A stretch of 63,814 nt of DNA, counting the filler, from Choristocarpus tenellus KU-1152 (Eukaryota; Protista; Phaeophyceae): the NCBI GenBank assembly GCA_964200185.2. It is 9 parts of 9 records of this genome, joined end to end, with 100 filler letters (N's around TTAATTAATTAA, not from the genome) between each part and the next. Parts side by side here need not be neighbours in the genome. Positions count along the whole stretch, not along the records: positions 1 to 15,575 come from CAXNAD020000971.1; positions 15,676 to 19,156 come from CAXNAD020019744.1; positions 19,257 to 22,192 come from CAXNAD020023525.1; positions 22,293 to 40,277 come from CAXNAD020000594.1; 5 more parts are not named here. One strand, given 5' to 3'. Made by a program: the position numbers and the translations under genes. Of this stretch, positions 14,342-25,200 are shown in pieces. Numbering within the stretch: the stretch's first letter is position 1; every line of letters starts with the position of its first letter. A model generated the notes under the pieces. The model saw only the letters and a list, made by a program, of their open reading frames with translations, made no database searches and was not told the origin of the DNA.

Positions 14342-15243
14342 TGTCGTGAGGCAGGGTCCAATCAGTCGTGGGTGGTGTTCAGAATCACCAGTTGTGTCAT
14401 ACTTTGGTGGTTTCGGCACTTCAGGCATCTGCAATGTTGAAGTCGAACAAAACTCAGATAAGTACAGGCACAACTCAACTAACCAATCGACCTTATATCC
14501 TCAATACCCTATCAACGTTAGATACGTGTTCAAGAAAGCTGTGAGTCCAACAATCCAACTCCAGTGACAAAACTTTGCGATGATTATTTGGAAAGATCCT
14601 GTTGGACTTAAGGGCTGGGAAAATCCAGGATCATGCTTTGGTTGAAGTCGAATAAAACTTAGATAAGTACAGGCACACCTCAACTAACCAATCGACCTTG
14701 CAGCATTGGTTAGTTGAGGTGTGCCTGTACTTATCTGAGTTTTGTTCGACTTCAACGTTGCCGATGCCTGAAGTGCTGAAACCACCAAAGCATGATCCTG
14801 GATTTTCCCAGCCCTGAAGTCCAAAGGGATTCTTTCCACATAATCATCGCAAAGGTTTGTCAGTGGAGTTGGATTGTTGGACTCACAGCTTTCTTCCAGT
14901 ATTGCAAACCGATTGGTGGATGGGCAGACCGTACTGCGCGGGGACCGGTCCCTGGGTTGTGCCCCCGCCATCCCGTCTTGCTCAAGCGAGCCTCCTAGGA
15001 CGCCATCAACCGAATCGGTTGATGGAGTATCGGTGTTGAGCCCAGGTGTCTGGGGCAGGTGCTGGTTCAGGGGGTCCAGTGGTCTTGGTTTTGCCTTGAT
15101 CTTGCTTGTCACGTTTCTTTTTATCCTTGTTTACTTCTCGATATGGTGGATCCATCCCCTTTTGACTGTCGGCGTGAGTACCACTGTCGTGAGGTAGGGT
15201 CCAATGAGTCGTGGGGGGTGTTCAGAATCACCAGTTGTGTCAT
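14342..15243. repeat. Nested inverted/direct repeat structure
   Basis: Imperfect palindrome 14532-14896 centred near 14698; third partial copy 14402-14496; ~60-bp direct repeat 14342-14400 / 15186-15243. Confidence 0.8.
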
Positions 15244-15575
15244 GGTGGGGTCATTCCAGCAAACCCAAAGCACTCTCAGCCATCAAATCTTAGGAGAAGT
15301 TCGAAGAGAATCTCAGATCCACCAGATGACGTCACATCTTGGTGATCGTCAACGGTAGGAGGTCTGAGAATTCTCAAGAGTTCTTTGTGTTTGATGTTGG
15401 TGGGAACGCCACCAATGACAAAGAAATGTGTGCACGCAATACATTTGTGTGTGCCCGCGGATGTGTATTTGGACTGAGATCAGCTCCCCCCCACAAAACA
15501 CATCATTTGCTTTGCTCACGAATTCTGGATTATTATTATTATTTGCACATTCCTATTTTCTTATTCCTCTATCCT

Positions 15576-15675
15576 NNNNNNNNNNNNNNNNNNNNNNNNN
15601 NNNNNNNNNNNNNNNNNNNTTAATTAATTAANNNNNNNNNNNNNNNNNNNNNNNNNNNNNNNNNNNNNNNNNNNN
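15576..15675. other. Artificial 100-bp contig linker (also 19157-19256, 22193-22292, 40278-40377, 43700-43799, 48764-48863, 53473-53572, 60845-60944)
   Basis: N-run + TTAATTAATTAA (stop codons in all six frames) + N-run, identical eight times. Confidence 0.98.
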
Positions 15676-15878
15676 GCTTCCCATGGGGTTTTTGTGATAT
15701 TTTTCCTACTCCAAAATGTTTCGGAGTAGGTAATATGTATATGTTATGAAATGGTGTGTCCGGAACAAGGATACTGACACTTCCTAACAAATTCGAAGGA
15801 TAAAATTACATGGAAATCGCAACATTGGATTTCGACCCCCAAATGGACGCAGCCCTACCCTCTAAGATACTTTGACTC
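15676..15878 (-). mobile_element. MITE family A, truncated at contig start
   Basis: Reverse-oriented copy ending AAGATACTTTGACTC. Confidence 0.85.
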
Positions 15879-15892
15879 TTCGATTCAGGTTT

Positions 15893-16255
15893 GGCTCAGA
15901 GTATTTGGGAGGGGTGGCGGCTGTCCATTTGGGACCAATTTTTTCATGTCGCGATTTTGGATGATTTGGTTGCATACGTCGGATGGATAATGAAAGTGCA
16001 CTTTTCCTGGTTTTGGTCCTAACGGACACACTCTGGTGTAGACCCCCCCCCCCCCCCCCCCCCCCCCCCCTCGTTGTGGTCTTTTTTACGCTCCCTATTG
16101 AAAAAGAAATAAAAAATCATTCACAAAAAAAAAAAANNNNNNNNNNTTCTCTCGTAAGATGGAAGGAGGTACTGGGCTTTTTTGGTGTTTTGCCCAAGGG
16201 CGCACCCCGTTGTGGTCGCCCCCCCCCCCCCCCCCCCCAGATACTTTGGGTCTTT
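15893..16255 (+). mobile_element. MITE family B (G/C-tract TIRs), with internal assembly gap
   Basis: Starts GGCTCAGAGTATTTGGGAGGGG with a family B body and poly-C; a CCCCAGATACTTTGGGTC end lies after the small gap. Confidence 0.65.
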
Positions 16256-16454
16256 CAACAAGGTCCTCTCAAGAAAGGAACAAAACTTACTTCACACCAC
16301 AAAAATCAACCCACAAAGCACAGGATTGAGAACCCTAACTCTAAGACGATTATGACACTGCACCCAACCACACTCAATGAAAAAGGAGCAAAATGCTTCT
16401 TCGTAGCCCCTACCAATCCCTACCTTTCGCCTGCATATCTGCATGCCCTTCCCT

Positions 16455-17270
16455 ATTGATCACAGTTGTGATTGGGAAGATCGGAACTAGAGAAACATTT
16501 TTTGTAGGCCAAGTCAGAGATGTATGCCTTGCAACGTTTGAAACACACCTCCAAAAGGAATAAGTGTAAACTCAGATTAGGCCAGATGCAAACTGACTGT
16601 GATTTGTATCATGTGACCTTTAGGAGGGATATTCCCAAACGAAGCAAAGATATGCATTGATCACAGTTGTGATTGGGAAGATCGGAACTGGGGACCCATC
16701 ATTTGTAGGCCATGTCGGAGACGTATTCTCTGTACCTTTTGAACCATACCTTCAAAAAGAATAAGTGTACGCTCGGATTAGGCCAGATGTAAACTGACTG
16801 CGATTGTATCCTGCGACTTTCAGGACGGACACTTCCAAAGAGTCAAATTATCTTAGAGGGTAGGGCTGCGTCCATTTGGGGGCCAAAATACAATGATCCG
16901 AAGTGTCAGTATCCTTGTTCCAGACACACCATTTCATAACGTGTACATTTTACCTACTCCAAAACATTTTGGAGTAGGAAAATGTCATAAAAAAATCCAT
17001 GGGAAGCCAAGTCCCAAACGGACAAATAGGGCAAACCTCGTACTTTCTAAGATACTTTCACTCAAAGGAAACAGGGAAATGCATTAATCAAATTTGTGTT
17101 TAGGGAGATTGACTGAAAATTAATTTATTCGAGGCCATGTCGGAGATGTATGCTTTGTAATTGTTGAACCAGACCTCCAAAAAGAACAGGCGCATACTCG
17201 GATTAGGCCAGGTGCTATCTGACTCTGATGGTATTCTGTGATCTTTGGGACAGATTCTCCCAAGGAAAAT
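16455..17270. repeat. Three diverged ~202-bp tandem units
   Basis: ATTGATCACAGTTGTGATTGGGAAGATCGGAACT at 16455 and 16657, with a diverged unit from about 17083; GGCCA(A/T)GTC and GATTAGGCCAG occur in all three. Confidence 0.85.
16840..17063 (+). mobile_element. MITE family A with internal deletion (224 bp, TSD AAA)
   Basis: TIRs retained; inserted in the second unit of a ~200-bp tandem repeat. Confidence 0.85.
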
Positions 17271-17409
17271 AAGAATACCGGTTATCTATTTTGTACCTAG
17301 TCGGAGTTACATATATTTTTTTATAAACGTGTATACTCTGATTTGGTCAAACGTGCATCGACTCTGCTTGTGTTATGATCCCCAAAGATACAAGGAGATA
17401 TGTCGATCG

Positions 17410-17550
17410 TTGTTGGAAACAACTGGTTATTTGGAACTGGAATCCCTGTGTTGGAAACAACTGGCTAGGTTTGAACTGGAGTCAGTGTCAAACCCATTTA
17501 GAGTCCCTGTGTTGGAAACAACTGGCTAATTTAGAACTGGATTCCCTCTG
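17410..17550. repeat. Short tandem repeat GTTGGAAACAACTGG..GAACTGGA x3
   Basis: Direct reading. Confidence 0.8.
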
Positions 17551-17813
17551 TCATCCAATCGCAACCAGTACATGTTGCTGCAGCACGATTAAGGTATTAC
17601 AAGATACTATTGCTCTCACATGAGAATCGCCTGTGGTAAGCGTGAAACATGTATACCTAGTTAACATTGGGGGGCCTGTTACAGGCGAATAGCATGTCTG
17701 CTTTCCCACTCTAACCAGTATGAGCAGTCTTGCTATGAGATTCCCTATTTTTATGTTATTATTGGACAGTTTTGTGTATATTTGTTGACATTTTATTTTT
17801 TTGTCTTGTATTT

Positions 17814-17995
17814 GGCTCAGAGTATCTGGGGGGGGGGTAGTGGCTGTCCATTTGGGGCCCATTTTTACATGTCGTGATTTTTGGGTGATTTGGTTGCACA
17901 TGTCGGATTGATAATGTAAGTTCACTTCTCTGGGTCAGGGCCCAAATGGACACCCTAGTGTAGCTCCCCCCCCCCCCCTTCAGATACTTTGACCC
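17814..17995 (+). mobile_element. MITE family B (182 bp, TSD TTT)
   Basis: GGCTCAGAGTATCTGGGGG ... CCCTTCAGATACTTTGACCC. Confidence 0.85.
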
Positions 17996-18572
17996 TTTGT
18001 TTGTGTTGATATTTGTGAAGGGGGAGAGTCTTGCTATGACACTCACTATTTTATGTGATGTTAGAAATTTGCTGTATTTGTTGAGACATTACTCTTGTGT
18101 CTTGTATTTGTTTGTGTTGGATAGTTGTGAAAAGGGAGAGTCTTGCTATGACACTCCCTATTTTGATGATATTAATAGAAATTTGACTTTGATGTTTGTA
18201 TATTCATAGTTCCTGGGAGGGTAAGCCTTTCCATGGCAGCGCCCTATTTTTGTTGACTGTGAGGCATTATGTTGGTGTCCTGTGTTCGTTTGTGTTTGTA
18301 CTTCTGAAGGGGAGAGTCTATGGCAGTACGCTAGTTCAGTTCTACTGTGATTTTGTGCCTGTATTTGTTTTGATAGTATTGGAGAGGGAGAATCTCTCTA
18401 TGACCCCACCCTATTTCAGTGTTACTATGATTCTGCGTCCATTTTCATTTGTGTTGATAGTTGTGAATGGGAAGGGTCTTGCTATGACACTCCCTATTTT
18501 CTGTTATTTGGAGACAGTTGTCTTTATTTGTTTGTATGTTCTTAGTTCGTAGGGAGGGCAAGCCTTCTATTG

Positions 18573-18752
18573 GACTCAAAACATCTGGGAGGGGGTGGCG
18601 GCACTGTCCATTTGGGGTCAATTTTTTCATGTCGAGATTTTTGGGTGATTTGATTGCATACGCGGATGGATACTGTAAATGCACGTTTCCTGATTTTGAC
18701 CCGAATGGACACCCTGGTGTAGACCCCCCCCCCTTTCCAGATAGTTTGGGTC
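18573..18752 (+). mobile_element. MITE family B (180 bp, TSD ATTG)
   Basis: Interrupts a satellite unit; ATTG on both flanks. Confidence 0.85.
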
Positions 18753-18941
18753 ATTGCAGCACCCAATTTTTGCTTGAGACCGTGAGACATTGCCTTAGTG
18801 TCCTGTAGTTGTTTGCGTTATCCTTCTGAAGGGGAGAAGTCTATGTTATTACCCAAGTTCAGTGCTACTATGATTTTGTGATTGCATTTGTGTCGATAGT
18901 TTTGAAGGGGTGGAGTCTTTCTATGACAGCACCCTAGTATT

Positions 18942-19130
18942 GCGTCAAAGTATCTGGGGGAGGGGGTGTCGGCGTCCGTTTTTCACCCTTCTTTCTATTT
19001 TCACTTTTTTGGTGCGATTTGGTTGCACGTGTCGGTGTTGAAATGTCAGCAAAAAAAAGATATGTTTGACTGAAACGGACGCCCCCTCACAACCCCCCCC
19101 CACCCCCCCCCCCCCCCCCCCCCCCCCCCT
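18942..19130 (+). mobile_element. MITE family C
   Basis: GCGTCAAAGTATCTGGGGGAGGGGGTGTCGGCGTCCG..., closely similar to 63645-63814; ends in poly-C near the contig break. Confidence 0.75.
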
Positions 19131-19299
19131 TATTTCTTTTCTTTTTTTCTTGTTGTNNNNNNNNNNNNNNNNNNNNNNNNNNNNNNNNNNNNNNNNNNNN
19201 TTAATTAATTAANNNNNNNNNNNNNNNNNNNNNNNNNNNNNNNNNNNNNNNNNNNNCCAATTGGACAGCCGCTACCCCCCCCCCAGATACTACGAGCCT

Positions 19300-19960
19300 C
19301 AAGTGCAAGGCTATTAATTACCTTTGGTTTGTCGAGTAAACGCTTCTGTAGTGGCATCTGAATTAGTATTAGATGAACCAAGGATAATATATTAACAGGT
19401 AAATGAGCTTGTCTTCCAAACAGGATAAACGGAGTTTCATGCAACTTTGCAATGAAGCTGTGTTGCGGGCAAACTGTATGAAAGGCAGTAACGATGACCA
19501 GTTATCCTCGGAAACAGAGATATATAATTGCTAACACAAAATGCAATGGAGCATGTACTCTCTCTAACACAAAGTTTCCTTGTGGGTGATACGGTGTGGT
19601 TTTGGTTTTATTGAAACCAAGGACGTACTGGAACTCTGTAACGAAACTGTTTTCAAATTCGGTGCCTTGATTGGAGTGTGACTCAAGTATCTGGGGGGGA
19701 GGGGTCGCGTCTGTCCATTTGGGGTCAATTTTTTCATGTCGCGATTTTTGGGTGATTTGGTTGCATACGTCGGATGGATAATGTAAATGCACTTTTCCCG
19801 ATTTTGGTTCAAATAGACACCCTGGTGTAGACTGCCCCCGCCTCCCCAGATAATTTGGGTCTGTAACAACTCGGGTGGGTCCAAATTGAAAATACAAGTT
19901 CTACTAGCGTACGAGCAATTGTTAAGACCTCTAAAATATGGTCCAAACTCGGACTCCTGC
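19300..19960 (-). mobile_element. Degenerate Ty3/Gypsy-type integrase core
   Basis: FGP..HSNQGTEFEN..TTPYHPQGNFVLERVH..WSSLLPFIQFARNTA..ETPFILFGRQAHLPV; frameshifted and split by a MITE. Confidence 0.8.
19680..19861 (+). mobile_element. MITE family B (182 bp, TSD TGT) inside an integrase remnant
   Basis: GACTCAAGTATCTGGGGGG ... CCCCAGATAATTTGGGTC. Confidence 0.85.
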
Positions 19961-21658
19961 TCCCTGTGCAATTGTTTCAGGTCCGCAGAGAGGACGAAGG
20001 GGTCGTTTGTTTCATGCACCTGTTGTTGGGGATCCTTGTCATTTGTTGTCTTGCTGGAATGGTATGCTTCTCCAGAAGGGCAGAAGATACCTACGGGAAC
20101 ACTATATGCGCTTTGTCTTTCACCCATAGGTACCCCAGCCACTGGGGTGTCACACAAAGAGAAGGAAAATATACTGGATACTCGGGCTGAGTACCTCGAG
20201 AAGGAGAAAAATGAAGGGCACAACAAGTCAGATATTTCCATTCTTCGGGAACAGCGAACGAGAACGCCCAGAAGATTGCAAGAGCGGGGGGGGGTTGTTA
20301 GATATGGATGAGTGGGGTCGCAATACCCTGCTTGGTTTGGTCACAACGAGGGGAGACTCTTTCTATGACAATACTCTACTCCCACGTGACTGTGAGACAT
20401 ATTACTGTTTTGTCTGATTTATTTATGTTCATGGTTCTGAAAGGGGGAAAGTCTTTCTATGACAGTACCATATTTCTATGTTTTTACAATTCTATGTCTG
20501 TATTTATTTGTGTTCGTGATTCTGAAAGGGGTAGAGTCCTTCTATGACAACACCCCATTTTGAGGTGAGCATGTGGCTTTGGTCTAGGAGGTTTTCTCTT
20601 GAACTCTAAGTCAAATGCAGAGTGATTGCCATCATGTGTGAGTGTCACTCTAGCATATCCGTCATCAGGGCGAACAATTGGGTTTTGCCTCCAGGCTGGA
20701 TCCCCAACACTGCCTACTGATATGTTAGGACCTGGAAGTGACATTAATTCAATCTCTCCTACGCTCACGATAGGATAAGGAAATACCTATAATTTCCTCG
20801 TCAAATCGCCTGTTCTTTGCATTGAAGCAACTATGCTTCATGCTGGGGGGAGGCATGTCATAGGTGATGTTTTGCTTCTTGACTATATATCTATCACTTT
20901 GAGAGTGTTTAGTAACTGTGAGACCAGTTGATGCTCATGTCTCAGTCCTTTTTGTGTACCTCAATCAAATCATAATGCGGATATTCAAGGTGAGAGACCC
21001 TGCCTTTGTTGTTGTATCTTCATTATGACGCTGTATTTGAGTCTCATCATTAGGCCACAGTCTTGTGGATTGGAGCTAAAAATCCCATCAAGGGAAGCTG
21101 CCGAGAGCATTTTGTAACAGTGGCATGGTTCACTCGCAGGCAAGGATGGGAAAGAGAATAACTGGACAAGATATACCAGAACGAGAAGATGAAGAAATGT
21201 TGTAAAACAAGAATAGATGTGAGTTGAATTGAGGATTCAGAAAGGGGGGATTCTAAAAGGAATCCAATGGTGATTGATACATCTGAAGATAATCCACCTT
21301 TGGAACCGAGCTACTATTGGATAGACCCCAAGCGAAGCTGTGGCTTTAACTATAACCCCAAGTCTAACCCCTGTGATAACGGACAACCCTCCTTTCTATT
21401 AATGACTTGGATCTCTGAATGTAGTGGTGATGATAGCCAATAGGTCGTATTGTTGGGACAGTGGTGAGATGGGACAGAAATAGGGGAAAGATGAAGAAGA
21501 GAGTGAGATGAGCCAAAATGGATGGTCAAGGCAACCCCAAGACAGTGCACCTAGCTGGGCCAGAGTATCTGGGGGGGGGGGGGGGGGTGCCGGGGGGCGG
21601 GCCTTCGGGCCCTCCTGTGTGTGCGGAAANNNNNNNNNNGGGGTCACCTCGGGGCGGA

Positions 21659-21689
<31 letters not shown>

Positions 21690-22292
21690 TTGCACTGGAG
21701 CGTCCATTCGGGCCCTCCTATATGTGCTGTAAATGGTATGAATATGTTGTGAAAAACGCATAAGTGGAGTGACAGGTTGGTCTTTTTGGGGTGGAATATT
21801 GCATAGTCTGCATCTAGTGTATGTATTTGGAGCTTCGGATGTTCGAAATCTAGCCTTTTTGGAGGTCGATTTATCTGGTGGGGTGTTTGGGTGGTTAGTA
21901 TATTGTGGAGTGTGGATTGGGTTGGATCGTCTCGCGTGGCTTCATCGCCTTGCTGGAGTGGGATTAGTGCTAATTGAGTGGGTATTTAGGGATTGTCATT
22001 TCCAGCATAAAGGATATAGATTGACAATTGATGGAGAGGGCCTCATGAGTTGCTCAGGGGTAAGAAGGGAATAAGGAATTTGTGTGAGTTCCATGTAAGT
22101 TGAGGATGTGCGGGGGATGAATTTTTTCGACGGGAGTAATTGCGTGACGTTTGTGTATTTGGAGGTGTGTCAATTATGTCCTTTGTGGAGGGNNNNNNNN
22201 NNNNNNNNNNNNNNNNNNNNNNNNNNNNNNNNNNNNTTAATTAATTAANNNNNNNNNNNNNNNNNNNNNNNNNNNNNNNNNNNNNNNNNNNN

Positions 22293-25200
22293 CATTCTGA
22301 AGACCGAAGAACCCCCCCCCCACACTTGAACACCAGTTTGCACACATTGAAGGTGTCATCCCCGATGATACCCTTTTTTTAGAGAGGTTCATATCACGAT
22401 TCACACTCCGGTTTTTGTCTTTGAAGCACCCGACAAATGTGTATGCTGAAGAAATACCTGCTGGTTGGACAGATTGAGATACTTTGGGAGGACAACCCTT
22501 TGAATTTATGATGGATCATCCAGGCGCACAAGGGATCACAATGGTGGGAAGCTGTAGTCAATCCTCGATATGATTGAATGAGAAGTTTACTGCCAAGCAG
22601 TCTTATGAAGTTCTAGTCAATGAAATTTTGGGAGAATATTTGTTGAAATTTATTTGTTCCAGCTCATTACCAAAGATTCCTAGACCAAGCTGTGATTCGT
22701 GCCAATGATTATATGAGGAAGGCTTTATTTCTTACAGCCGTATGCTCAAAAATACCAGAAAATGAACTATTTTCGTGTATCACTCTCATTCTTGCTGCAG
22801 GTGTTTTCCCTCCCATCAGTAAGTCGTCAAGAGTATCTTGTGCATATTTTGGTGTCCTCTAGCAGTTTTCATAGTGGCGGTTGAACTTGAGTGGAAATGC
22901 AAGTAGTTATCTCCAAAGATGTAGAATCTTGGTGGTTGAACTTGAATGGAAATGCAAGTAGTTATCTCCAAAGATGTAGAATCTTGACGTGACATGCTTG
23001 CAAGAGACCATTCAAAACCACTGCACAACAAAGTAGAATTAATAGTTCAATGTTACCAGCAGACTAAATTTTGATTGGTAAAATTGAAACTTGTTCAAAG
23101 TTGTTCCATCATACCCAAGCTAACAAATTGATCTATGTAGCAGCACATCCCTTGTAGCACTATTTTCAGCTCTGGATTGCAACACATGAAGTCAGTATAC
23201 AGTTATGTATGGGGTCTGTCTGTGGCTAAGGATCATTCGTAGCTGACTGAATAATGCAAGTGAATATTATTAGGTGCTTGTGGTTGTACAACCAGCAATT
23301 CAAACAGTACAGCAGAGACGTCTCCAAGCTCATGAATGGTCTCACTAGTGGGTAAACGTTTGGAAGGGATTTCCATCTTCTGTTCTTCTCCACATTTTTT
23401 TTAAGGGTATTTTTTTTCATTGTCAACTTGACACTATTCCAAAAAGTGCCAAATTGACAGTTCCGTTAGATTTTCCCGCACACAGTTTCGCTGTGTACAA
23501 ATAATCAGGTAACTTTTTAATTCTAAGCTATGAATGATTGTTTACAGTATCAATACCAATTCGCAACCTAACAAATCAGAGTTAACCCCCTCACCGTTGA
23601 GACTTCCCTAGAGTTTACATTGTAGATAGGATATTTCTCTGATGAATGCTCTGCAAATATATCTAGGAGCTCTCCTGACTGGAAGGGTGCGGTGTCATCA
23701 TAGTCCCATGTGTCAAGTTCTACAACCTGGAGGTAGGCGTCTTGACCCCCTCGAAAGATAGCAGCAAAGTGCACAGGGATCTGATAGGGCAAAAGGGATG
23801 CAAAGAATACTTCCTGCATAAGTGAAAAGCATTATGGAATCCACTCCTGTAGACAGAAAATAGGAAGATTTAATCTTCAACGGCCATGTCCCAGATATCA
23901 CTGCAAAAACAAAACATGTTTGCAACATCGGTAATGGGGATCGAATTCAAATAGCATATTGAGGGTTATTCACTGAGCAACATGCGTTAGATGAATTGAT
24001 GGACAGGCCTCAGAACCTACTGCCTGCAGGTATACTCTTTTACTGTGGTATCAAGGTTCAATGTTTTTTTCCCACTTCATAAAAAAGAAGGTTCTGGAGT
24101 AGTTCAATTACACTATGCCCAAGTAGTTCAGCATAGAGAGCTTACTTGGTGAGGACGCAAAAAGTACACTTTTTGTCCAGGGCTTGCTGTCCCCTTAAAG
24201 TCGTAAGCAGATGTAAAGAGCATATCACTGTACTTGTTACCAATCACTGCCTCCACAATATCAAACTCTCCGCAGCCTCCATTTCCTCCAACTCCACGAC
24301 AGTTACAGCCATACTGTGCTGTCCGAAACACCTGTTGTTATAAAAAATGAAGGGACAATATGAAGGGGCAATATGAAAAGCAAAGCATTTTGTTATTCTG
24401 TGATATGCTGGGAGCAGAACCAATATTGCTCATCTCTAGCATAATATCTATGGAGAATCATTGCCAGAAGAATCCAAACGATCTACCTGTTACAAATTGG
24501 ATTGACCTATCTGAAACAAGTTAGAGCCAAATTTATGGGAATATGGAACAATGAATTATTATCATCGCCATGGTCAATAGATCAACCAAAGTCAGGACCA
24601 GGACAGACAGTGTGTTGAATGACACCTTCTGAGTTCGCCAGGAGAGATGTCTCTCCAATGAGTGGCGAACAATACTAAGTAGTGTGTTTTCTAGCAGATT
24701 TGAGGGTGCATTGTGGGTCTTTCCCCTGACATTATACCAGGATTTCTTGAGCTCTGTTGTACTGCATGCCACTTAAATTTACCTTGTTGGAGAAAGGCAG
24801 TGTTGCAACCTTGAACTATATGTTGTTGGTTGCTTCCAAGGATAGAATAATGTATTTTTGGTGAATTGGGGGGCCGTGAGAAGAGTGAAAGGTGCTGGAA
24901 GAGGTTGGGTATGAAGACAACTGACCATGCATCATTGGCAGGAAAAGGTATATCTTGAAAAAGGAAGAGTGCCTTTACTCAACTTCGCATTCAGTGCCCA
25001 CACAGCTGGTCGATCATGAGTGCATGAGTCAAATCCGGCATCACCACAGTGAGGCATATCCAATTCGAACACTACCACCTTGGTACCGTCTGAACCTCCA
25101 CTCCACCCATGTAGACCAACGTCCCTATAGAACCTGTTAACAATATAGTTGGGAGGTTATTAGTGAGCCAAAGTATCTTGGAGGGTAGAGCCGCGTCCAT

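Larger units (their letters stand above)
17720..18940. repeat. Degenerate satellite, ~75-115-bp units with core GGGAGAGTCTT(G/T)CTATGACA..CCCTATTT (also 20340-20560)
   Basis: Core visible near 18020, 18134, 18215, 18308, 18385, 18469, 18552, 18830, 18907, 20349, 20443 and 20527. Confidence 0.75.

Noticed and set aside
17410-18940. Repeat-spacer-like patterns as a CRISPR array
   Set aside because: The repeats are degenerate, the intervening sequences are related to one another, no cas genes are present and the context is eukaryotic.
21769-22192. Possible LINE endonuclease fragment on the minus strand
   Set aside because: Composition is suggestive, but no convincing motif could be read.
22879-22986. 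55-bp duplication as an extra exon (STSLEITTCISIQVQPP)
   Set aside because: The phase does not fit the flanking exons and there is no suitable donor; the 34-nt exon at 23379-23346 already bridges the frame.
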